This document shows positions 1-7,775 of a stretch of 33,733 nucleotides of DNA, in pieces. The notes under the pieces are model-generated. The model had not been told where the DNA came from. It saw only the letters and a program-made list of their open reading frames with translations, and ran no database searches. The stretch's first letter is position 1. Each line of letters starts with the position of its first letter. Source of the stretch: Thermoplasmatota archaeon (lineage in GTDB: Archaea > Thermoplasmatota > Penumbrarchaeia > Penumbrarchaeales > Penumbrarchaeaceae); contig JARVGK010000011.1 of NCBI GenBank assembly GCA_029762535.1, positions 47,436-81,168 of the forward strand, in the 5' to 3' direction. Position numbers and translations under genes: made by a program.

Positions 1-3
1 AAT

Positions 4-83
4 ACCATGTAAAGGTTTATAGGCATCACTTCGTTCCGCCTATAAACCAACATGGCCCCGATAGGGTAGCCTGGATACCCTAA
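4..83 (+). repeat. Diverged copy of the tRNA-Arg upstream region plus tRNA 5' third
   Basis: ACCATGTAAAGGTTTATAG...AAACC..ACATGGCCCCGATAGGGTAGCCTGGATA(C/T)CCTAA occurs at 4-83 and again at ~169-249. Confidence 0.85.
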
Positions 84-220
84 GGAAATCTCCCCGAGAT
101 TTCCTCCGTACAAAGACTTTTTTCCCCACCCCGAGTGTGGCTAAGACCGTCTATCCAACCTATACATTACCATGTAAAGGTTTATAGCCCTCATTACATT
201 CGGGCTACAAACCGAACATG

Positions 221-294
221 GCCCCGATAGGGTAGCCTGGATATCCTAAAAGCCTGCGGAGCTTTAGACTTGGGTTCGAATCCCAATCGGGGCG
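221..294 (+). tRNA. tRNA-Arg (anticodon GCG)
   Basis: Acceptor stem GCCCCGA(221-227)/TCGGGGC(287-293). Archaeal-type D arm GGGTAGCCTGGATATCCT. Anticodon arm AAAGC-CTGCGGA-GCTTT. T arm TTGGG-TTCGAAT-CCCAA. CCA not encoded; T-run follows. Confidence 0.95.
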
Positions 295-417
295 CTTTTT
301 AATTATTTTCAGGAACGATGTATATTTGGATTCGAACCCTCGGGTTCCGGGGACCGACAGCGTGGATCAATTATCAGAGGTCCCCGGACGTGGAAAATCC
401 GAAGGATTTTTCAAACG

Positions 418-438
418 TCGAATCCCAATCGGGGCGCT
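418..438 (+). repeat. 21-bp copy of the tRNA-Arg 3' end (att-like)
   Basis: TCGAATCCCAATCGGGGCGCT is identical to 276-296. Confidence 0.85.
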
Positions 439-444
439 ATTTAA

Positions 445-588
445 TTAAGAAGAATTATGGAGCTCAACAGCCTCATCAAGATTCCGAAATAGCTCGTCCA
501 TTGTCCTTCCCTGAGTGAAGATATCATCCCTGATACCTCTTGCGCACCAGAAATCTCCATCCCTATATATCTCAAACTTGGCGAGCAT
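445..588 (-). CDS. HicB-family antitoxin-like protein (short, no adjacent HicA)
   Basis: MLAKFEIYRDGDFWCARGIRDDIFTQGRTMDELFRNLDEAVELH matches the HicB-like TQG-T--E---N---A pattern. Start moved to the internal ATG at 588. Confidence 0.7.
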   Translation of the reverse strand: MLAKFEIYRDGDFWCARGIRDDIFTQGRTMDELFRNLDEAVELHNSS

Positions 589-731
589 GCGTATACCTGA
601 AAGATATGTCGCTTTGAGCTTATATTTCCTTTTAGTACATGTGATGATGGTTATATTTTCATACGGGATCTTATTCATTCCTGATATTGTCAAAATCAAA
701 CTTATATAGGGATCCGCTTCGTTACCGAAGC

Positions 732-1199
732 ATGCATAAGGGATCCGATCCCGGAGGGATCGATGACGGAGGCGTCTCCCCCGTCATCGCCGTCATTCTC
801 ATGGTGGCTATAACCGTGGTCCTCTCGGGAGTCGTCTTCCTCTGGGCGTCCTCCTTCTCCACGGAGGCGGGATCCGCAATCGACCTCTCGAGGATGGAGA
901 TCTCCATCAAGGACGATCCCGCCGGGGATCGATTGGTGATATCGATCATAAGCGGGGATGTTATCTGGGGATCGATGAGCGCGATCCTCACCCTGGAGGA
1001 CGGGACAGTGATCAACGCCGATCTATCGGCATGTCCTCAGAGGAGCAGTGCCGGGGACGAGATACAGATAAGTTCCTTCCTCGACGGATCGAGGGCATCT
1101 TATTCCTTCGATGGATCCAAAGGGGAACACGTCGAAGTGAGGATCGTCAATCTCGAGATGAACTCCGTGATCCTCATAAGGGACGTTATCGTTTCCTGA
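732..1199 (+). CDS. Archaeal type IV pilin-like protein (class III signal peptide, DUF1628/Pilin_N)
   Basis: G|VSPVIAVILMVAITVVLSGVVFLW motif. Start uncertain: ATG 732 is preferred over 687. Confidence 0.85.
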   Translation: MHKGSDPGGIDDGGVSPVIAVILMVAITVVLSGVVFLWASSFSTEAGSAIDLSRMEISIKDDPAGDRLVISIISGDVIWGSMSAILTLEDGTVINADLSACPQRSSAGDEIQISSFLDGSRASYSFDGSKGEHVEVRIVNLEMNSVILIRDVIVS

Positions 1200-1305
1200 A
1201 TATGAGTCCATTAATGTTTCCATTCAACCTCTCTTCTAATGATCATATCCAGGGCGAAAGGTGCTTCTGTTACTGACCCCGAATATGAATCATCGACGTT
1301 TATTC

Positions 1306-1328
1306 GGGCGGGCTCTTTGAGCCCGCCC
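1306..1328. terminator. Perfect GC hairpin between convergent genes
   Basis: GGGCGGGCTC-TTT-GAGCCCGCCC, a 10-bp stem. Confidence 0.55.
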
Positions 1329-1398
1329 CTCGACTTACTTCTGTCCGGATATCTATTCTTCCCATCCTATTTTTTTCCACATATCTCCGGTTTGCTTT

Positions 1399-2055
1399 TT
1401 AATCTTCGACCGTGATCGAATTCTTGATGTCCTTGACACCATTGGTGTACAGGGCGCATTTGTAGGCCTCGTAGCGCTCGCCCCAGGAATTCACCTTCCC
1501 GGTCAGCTGTACGTTGCCCTTCTCGACGTTCACGTTCACATTTTTTACTTTGACATACATGTTTGACTTGAGCCTGTTTATGATATTCTGCGAGATCATC
1601 TCATCGGTCACGCTGTCTGAATGGACAATACCCAGCTCGTTCTTGATATTCTTTACGCCCAGGATGGTCGAAGCGCGCTCCTCGGCCCAGTGCTTCTTCC
1701 AGTAGGCATCAACAGGACCCGAAAGGGTCACCGTCCCATCATTGCTGCGGATGTTGATGTCTGAGGACTTCAGATGGGCATCCCATTTGAAGGCATTCGA
1801 AATGAAGTTGACTATCTCCTCATCTTTCGGCTGCTTCTCGGCATAATCCACCGTCATGCTGGCCTTGACCTTCCCTGCCTCGTTCAGGCTGTTCGCGTAG
1901 TTGTAGAGCGTTCTGTACGCGTTATATGTCGGCACTTTTCCTTTCAGGGATACATTTCCTTCATGGACGGTCACATGAACGTCCGACGCATCTATCTGGT
2001 CATTGTGGAACGCGAAGTCCACTATCTGTTTCTTGATCAATTCGTCGTTAGCCAT
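1399..2055 (-). CDS. BON-domain (OsmY-like) protein, three BON repeats
   Basis: Three D--I...V-V--G-V-L-G-V...GV--I-N-L repeats. Confidence 0.9.
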   Translation of the reverse strand: MANDELIKKQIVDFAFHNDQIDASDVHVTVHEGNVSLKGKVPTYNAYRTLYNYANSLNEAGKVKASMTVDYAEKQPKDEEIVNFISNAFKWDAHLKSSDINIRSNDGTVTLSGPVDAYWKKHWAEERASTILGVKNIKNELGIVHSDSVTDEMISQNIINRLKSNMYVKVKNVNVNVEKGNVQLTGKVNSWGERYEAYKCALYTNGVKDIKNSITVED

Positions 2056-2488
2056 CTTATCACCTCATGTATACTTCCAGACCCATTCTGCCCGTATCGA
2101 GCGTTATTGGACCCGTATGACCTCGGCAATGAGATGTGAATACTATTGATTTGTTCAACATTGAATGCAGGGTAAGCATAGGTTACATACAAAAACGTTC
2201 AAAGCACATCCCCGTCCCGGATCGATCCCCACAAAGCCTTGAGTTGGTTGTCGATAGATAAAGCGTAAAAGATGAGAGATGGCCGATCCATCCGGGGATC
2301 GCCCCGTCTTGGGGGACGCTATCATGTCCCGGAGTATCGCCACTTATGGGAATACTTTCGGTGCCTGTCATTATCAGGCCACCAAGGGGGAAATGAGGGG
2401 GGGCGGGGGGATCTCTTTGTATATAAATCTGAAAGGCAAATGTCCCATTTTTCCGGTTTGGGGATTCCCATAGATAGATAATAATAAC

Positions 2489-2503
2489 GTAAACTTTAAA
2501 TAA
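2489..2503 (+). promoter_or_regulatory. Putative BRE/TATA promoter of the major pilin
   Basis: GTAAAC-TTTAAATA upstream of the AGGAG RBS and ATG 2558. Confidence 0.45.
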
Positions 2504-2557
2504 ATGACTAAGTCTGATTAGCTTCGATGCCTTAGGGGCATCAGGAGACTGAAAAAC

Positions 2558-3019
2558 ATGAAGGCAATGAAAAAGGACTTGGCAGGCGTATCGCCCGTCA
2601 TCGCTGTGATCCTGATGGTAGCGATCACAGTGGTACTCGCGGGTGTCGTCTTCCTGTGGGCGCAGAGCTTCACCGAGGGATCCGGTGACACCGTAACGAC
2701 ACTGAACGTAAGGATTAAGCTTTACGAAGACACAACCGTGGCTAATCAGGATGATAAACTCGAGATTGAAGTTCTTGGTGGGACCATCGATTGGGACAAT
2801 TATGCTGTGAAAGTCAATGGAGTTGAATATGCTCAGACTGGTCCATTGGATGCAACCCCTGCTGTTATCACCATTTCAAATGCCGGTGATACCGCCTTGT
2901 TCGTGGATGATATGGGCATTACAAAGGGAACTGCCTACAAGGTCCAGATCGTCGATCTTGATGGAAACAAAGTTGCATATACCAGCGAGAACGTGGTCGC
3001 GTTATCATATGCCTCTTAA
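2558..3019 (+). CDS. Archaeal type IV pilin (likely major pilin)
   Basis: MKAMKKDLAG|VSPVIAVILMVAITVVLAGVVFLWAQ is a canonical class III signal peptide. The gene has its own promoter, RBS and strong terminator. Confidence 0.9.
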   Translation: MKAMKKDLAGVSPVIAVILMVAITVVLAGVVFLWAQSFTEGSGDTVTTLNVRIKLYEDTTVANQDDKLEIEVLGGTIDWDNYAVKVNGVEYAQTGPLDATPAVITISNAGDTALFVDDMGITKGTAYKVQIVDLDGNKVAYTSENVVALSYAS

Positions 3020-3043
3020 TCGTGTGGAATGATAACGCGTCTT

Positions 3044-3090
3044 GAAGGATCCCCCCCTTCGGGGGATCCTTCTTTTTTTTTCTTTTTCAT
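3044..3090 (+). terminator. GGATCC hairpin plus long T tract
   Basis: GAAGGATCCCCC-CCTTC-GGGGGATCCTTC followed by T-rich runs. Confidence 0.75.
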
Positions 3091-3569
3091 CTTTTTTTGA
3101 TCAGTTTTTACTTTTTACTTAATTCTTTTTCAACAACGGGATCCACTCCTTGAACGCTATCTCACTGGAGGGGAGGATATCTTTTGCTGGGCGAGGAATA
3201 ATCCTGCCTTCTTTTCGCAACTGGAGGATCCCATCCATAGATCCCCCCGTGGGGGGGATCGACCCGCGGGGGAGATCCCTTCGGGGGCAGGATCCTACCT
3301 CCTTCAATAAGGAGGGGATCCAACATATATCCAACAAACTGTATCGAGGGAAAGGTCACATCAGATCGAAAAAAAATACTCTGGAAAACATCCATCATTT
3401 CGATCCTGATGAACAGGACAATGCTTTCATCTTTTTCTAATCTGTCGGATCGCCAAAGTAAAAAACATTCCTTTTTTTCTCAAGCAACAGGTCTTTGCTG
3501 ATGCGGATCGATCCCTTCAAATACAGATTACTTAAATAGTTTCAACATGATTCACATCAAGGGATCGCC

Positions 3570-4025
3570 ATGACGGAGAACAGCGAGGAAAAGAAGGGAA
3601 TCAAGGGGTCAACGATCGCTATCATCTTGACAGTTATTATCTGCATCGTCCTTCTTGTGGCAGGAATTACAGTGGTGCTTTCGGGTGTCTTCTTCTTATG
3701 GGGGCAGAGCTTCATCGACGATTCCGGTGGAACAATAGAGACAGTTAATGTAAGAGCTGATATCACGTATTCTACGGGTCCTCCAATGGTGAACACCCTC
3801 ACGTTCGAGATCCTCTCCGGGACCGTGGATTGGAGCAAGTATGAGGTCCGCGTTGATGGTATTGCTCTCACCGCTTCAACCGACCTGGACCATGCTGGGG
3901 ATAGTGAATCGTTCACCTGGACCCCAACTTCAAACAATGTTGGTGAAACCCTGAATGTTAAGATCATCAAAATTGAAGAGTATAAAGTTGTATGGGAAAG
4001 GGATATCATTGTCAAAAGCTCTTAA
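3570..4025 (+). CDS. Pilin-like protein with non-canonical, extended N-terminal helix
   Basis: Retains ITVVLSGVFFLWGQSF and the head-domain motifs (L-FEILSGTVDW..Y.VRVDG, AGD) seen in the 2558 pilin, but lacks G|VSPVI. Confidence 0.75.
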   Translation: MTENSEEKKGIKGSTIAIILTVIICIVLLVAGITVVLSGVFFLWGQSFIDDSGGTIETVNVRADITYSTGPPMVNTLTFEILSGTVDWSKYEVRVDGIALTASTDLDHAGDSESFTWTPTSNNVGETLNVKIIKIEEYKVVWERDIIVKSS

Positions 4026-4115
4026 ACTCAAGAACTGACCTATGGGGGGGATCCTTTTGGATCCTCCTTGAGAACGGATTAATACCTCCGATGACAATAC
4101 TATCACGGGATCGCC

Positions 4116-4874
4116 ATGTCAGGGAACATTGAGAAGGAAAAAAGGCCAACCGGGGCCCCCATCGTCATCGTGATCGTCGTTTTGTTATGCATCGTGCTAC
4201 TGATCTCCGGGATCGCCTTGTTGGGTTCGATATTCTTCAACTGGGGACAGGAGATCGATAAAGGGCAGAATACAAATGATGTCATCATTGTGCGAGCGGG
4301 GATCACCTATAGCAGGACATACGAAGGAGAGTTCAACACTCTCACCTTCGTAGTCATGGGCTTGGAAGTTGAATGGGACAGGTACGATGTCCGAGCCGAC
4401 GGGATATCATTGCCCCACTCTGACGATATCGATTGGGCCGGAGATATTGAGGAGTTCACCTGGGATGTTGAGGGTGAGAACATAGGAGAGGAGTTGGAAG
4501 TGATGGTCATCGACATCGAGGCGGACAAGGTGATCTGGCAAAGCTCTCTCGTTGTGACAGCGGGTCAGATCGAGGATGTTGTAGATACTATCAACATCAG
4601 GGCGGAGATAACGTAAAATGTATCCTCCATCGGTTCGGAGAACACCCTCACGTTCGAGATCATATCGGGATCCGTTGATTGGAGCAGGTATGAGGTCCAG
4701 GTCGATGGGATCCCCCTGTATCGATCCACTGATGTGGATCTCGCGGGGGATACAGAGTCCTTCAGCTGGGCTCAGAACGAGAGCAATGTCGGGCAGAGGA
4801 TCCGTGCGAGGATAATTCAAATAGATGTGGATAAGGTCATCTGGATGCGCGAGATCATCGTCAGAAGCGCCTGA
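4116..4874 (+). pseudogene. Two-domain pilin-like protein interrupted by in-frame TAA (4614-4616)
   Basis: After AEIT* the same frame continues NVSSIGSENTLTFEIISGSVDWSRYEVQVDG...KVIWMREIIVRSA* to TGA 4872-4874, collinear with the 3570 paralogue (ADITY). Confidence 0.8.
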
Positions 4875-4921
4875 TATTGATGGAAGGGGATCCCCCTGGT
4901 TTGGAGGGGGGTGGGGTTTGG

Positions 4922-5053
4922 GATGCCTCCTCTTCGAGGAGGGGGATCCTAAAAGAGCCTTGGGAACTGATCCATGACCCGTTTATTTATAACTTTTATA
5001 ACTCGCATAACGTGAATATATTTATATGATATTATTCCCTGGCAACTCCATGG
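4922..5053 (+). repeat. Diverged ~130-bp direct repeat, copy A
   Basis: Shares CCTCCTCTTCGAGGAGG..GGATCC.AAAAGA.CCTTGG, TATAACTTTTATAACT..CATAACGTGAA and ATTATTCC...CCATGG with 19581-19710. Confidence 0.8.
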
Positions 5054-5182
5054 AATCAAAGGGATACTTCGGGATCAAGGATACTTTCGCACCCGTATCA
5101 GATAGCTATATATTATGTCAAAACGCTTCCAATTCCACCCCCCCGATCCCTGGAAGTTCGATCTTCCTTAAGGAGGAAACAT

Positions 5183-5317
5183 ATGCGAATTGATATGAAA
5201 GCTTACTTTGGGAAAGAACGAACCTCCCCCAGCATTGAAGAGATCGAGGAGGATCTAAGCAGCAGTAATAATAACGCTACAAAGAAGAGCAGAGGGGTGG
5301 AAGATGAACTACGATGA
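5183..5317 (+). pseudogene. 44-aa ORF resembling a YhcG/DUF1016 C-terminal remnant, overlapping the cas3 start
   Basis: AAGGAGG RBS, then MRIDMKAYFGKERTSPSIEEIEEDLS...ELR*. PSIEEIE--L resembles the typical YhcG C-terminus. Confidence 0.4.
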
Positions 5318-7775
5318 GATGTTTAAGAAGGCCACCGGAAACCTGGAACCGTTCCCGTACCAGCGAAGACTCGCGACCGGGGAGGATCTGCCTCAGCTCC
5401 TGGACATCCCTACGGGATGCGGAAAGACCGCAGCTGTTGTGTTGGCATGGTTATGGAGGCGGAGGTTCGCTGACGAAGAAGTCAGGAAGAAGACGCCGAG
5501 GAGACTGATTTATTGTCTTCCGATGCGGGTGCTTGTGGAGCAGACACGTGACAACTGTATAGAATGGTTGAAGAACCTTGGAATATTGGCGATTGCACAT
5601 GAAGGTAACAGAGCCCCGCAAGACGATGTAAGACCCGTTGAGGGTTGGGCTGCTGAGCAAGGTGATAGAGGGGATCGGATCGCAGTGACGATCCTAATGG
5701 GCGGAGAGGACAAAGATGAATGGGATATGTATCCAGAAAGGGATGCCATAATTATCGGGACCCAAGACATGCTGCTGTCGAGGGCCCTTAATCGTGGATA
5801 CGGCATGAGCAGATACCGATGGCCAGTACATTATGGGTTGTTGAACAATGATTGTCTTTGGATAATGGATGAAGTGCAACTGATGGGAGTCGGTGTGGAA
5901 ACAACTTCTCAGATGGATGCATTCAGAAGGATAATCGGAACAACAGGTGGTTGCAGGAGCATCTGGATGAGCGCCACCCTGGATGATGACCGGCTTTTAA
6001 CGGTGGACCAATCTACCTCTCTTAGGAAACTTTCCCTAAAGGAAACCAATCCCGCTACTGAAAAAAGAACAAATGCACCAAAGAGAGTTGAAATGGCAAC
6101 CTATGAGGAGAAGGCAATTGTTCTGGACAAGGATTCTGAAAAGGGGTCATATTACAGTGATATTGCAAATCTGATCAGGGAGAAACACATCGAAGACTCA
6201 CTTACTCTCGTAGTTGTGAATACTGTAAAAAGGGCTCAGGAGATCTTCAAGAAAGTCAAAGATGCATTTGATGAAGAGGTCAGAATTTACCTTCTTCATT
6301 CAAGGTTCAGGGAATCGGACAGGAAGATAGAAGCTTTAAAGGAATCCGGAAACAGGATCATCATATCAACCCAGGTCGTCGAAGCAGGTGTTGATATCTC
6401 TGCAAGAACACTCATTACTGAACTCGCTCCATGGTCTTCTCTCGTTCAGAGATTCGGAAGATGCAACAGGACTGGAGAATATGTTGATGCAAATATTTTC
6501 TGGATTGATATGGACATCGAGAAGTTGGCTCCACCATACTCTGTCAAGGATCAGGAAAAATCAAGAATACAGATGGTTTCATTGAAAAATGCAACTCCCA
6601 GTGAATTATCACTAATAATTGTTGATAATGGTGAACAGGTTCGTCCGGTAATCAGAAAGAAGGATATTTTGGAGCTTTTTGATACGACTCCCGATCTGAC
6701 GGGTAACGATCTTGATATCTCGAGATTCATAAGGGAATCAGACGAAAAGGATGTCCAGGTCTACTGGAGGGAAATTCCTGAGGACGGTCCTTCAAGAGAA
6801 ATGAGAAAACCTCACAGAATAGAACTTTGCAGTGCTCCGATTGGTGAGATCAAGGAATTAATATCAAAGAAGAAGGACGGTTTCAGAGGCTGGCAATGGG
6901 ATCATCTGGACGAATACTGGAAAGATCTTGGTCAAAGTTCGACGATCATTCCTGGCAGGATGATATTATTGGATGTTGATTCCGGCGGATATTCAAAGGA
7001 TCTGGGGTGGATAGGAAAAGAATGGAAGCCTAAAGATGGAAAAATTTATGAGGTAAATCTGAAAGGAGACCATGAGAACGAATCAACAAACAGTGAGATC
7101 GAGACATTCATCGGAAAAGAAGTCACGATTCATGATCACTGCATGGATGTGTCAGAAAAATGTAAATCAATCTCGGAAAAAATTGGATTGGATTCTTTTC
7201 TTATCGACCAGGAAGCCCTTGCCGGTCTATGGCATGATGTTGGTAAGGCCCATGAAGCATTTCAGAATGCGATCAAGGGAGGTTTCTATACAGAGAAACT
7301 CCTTGCCAAATCAAAGGAGAAAAAGAACATCCTGGATTATTTCATGATGGTTGATGGTCAGAAAGAATATAGGAGATATTTCAGACACGAACTGGCTTCC
7401 GCATTGGCTCTTCTGCAGTATAAGGGGATATTGAAAGATGAGAAAAAACTTGCTGTATATCTAATCGGAGCTCATCATGGAAAGGTCAGGCAGTCAATAA
7501 GGTCCCTCCCGGATGAGACCGAGCCCGAGGATGAGAATTTGAGGTTTGCTCGTGGGGTGTGGGATGGTGATATCATTCCATCAGTGGATGGATTATTTGA
7601 TGAGTCTATATCGCTGGACCTCACCCCCATGGTTATTGGAGAAGGAAGCTGGCTGGAGATGTCTTTGGGTCTTCTGGATGAATACGGTCCATTCAGGTTA
7701 GCTTATCTGGAATCCATTCTCAGGATCTCTGATTGGCTTGTATCCAGAAGCTACGAAGAGGGGGTGAGAGAGTGA
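5304..7775 (+). CDS. cas3: Type I-G Cas3 helicase with C-terminal HD nuclease
   Basis: PTGCGKT Walker A, MDEVQ, MSAT, STQVVEAGVD and QRFGRCNR helicase motifs. C-terminal HDVGK, HELAS and HHG motifs; HD at the C-terminus is the I-G arrangement. Confidence 0.96.
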   Translation: MNYDEMFKKATGNLEPFPYQRRLATGEDLPQLLDIPTGCGKTAAVVLAWLWRRRFADEEVRKKTPRRLIYCLPMRVLVEQTRDNCIEWLKNLGILAIAHEGNRAPQDDVRPVEGWAAEQGDRGDRIAVTILMGGEDKDEWDMYPERDAIIIGTQDMLLSRALNRGYGMSRYRWPVHYGLLNNDCLWIMDEVQLMGVGVETTSQMDAFRRIIGTTGGCRSIWMSATLDDDRLLTVDQSTSLRKLSLKETNPATEKRTNAPKRVEMATYEEKAIVLDKDSEKGSYYSDIANLIREKHIEDSLTLVVVNTVKRAQEIFKKVKDAFDEEVRIYLLHSRFRESDRKIEALKESGNRIIISTQVVEAGVDISARTLITELAPWSSLVQRFGRCNRTGEYVDANIFWIDMDIEKLAPPYSVKDQEKSRIQMVSLKNATPSELSLIIVDNGEQVRPVIRKKDILELFDTTPDLTGNDLDISRFIRESDEKDVQVYWREIPEDGPSREMRKPHRIELCSAPIGEIKELISKKKDGFRGWQWDHLDEYWKDLGQSSTIIPGRMILLDVDSGGYSKDLGWIGKEWKPKDGKIYEVNLKGDHENESTNSEIETFIGKEVTIHDHCMDVSEKCKSISEKIGLDSFLIDQEALAGLWHDVGKAHEAFQNAIKGGFYTEKLLAKSKEKKNILDYFMMVDGQKEYRRYFRHELASALALLQYKGILKDEKKLAVYLIGAHHGKVRQSIRSLPDETEPEDENLRFARGVWDGDIIPSVDGLFDESISLDLTPMVIGEGSWLEMSLGLLDEYGPFRLAYLESILRISDWLVSRSYEEGVRE

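Noticed and set aside
55-438. Split (trans-spliced) tRNA made from the 5' and 3' fragments
   Set aside because: An intact tRNA-Arg lies between them, the fragments together lack the anticodon arm, and I see no complementary leaders or BHB motif.
2558-4874. Integron or diversity-generating retroelement acting on the pilins
   Set aside because: No integrase, attC-type sites, reverse transcriptase or adenine-specific TR/VR pair is visible in the window.
5225-5241. CCCCAGCATTGAAG as a degenerate CRISPR repeat (CreA-like) before cas3
   Set aside because: Only ~8 nt match, with no repeat hairpin or partner repeat. It is better explained as coding for PSIEE.
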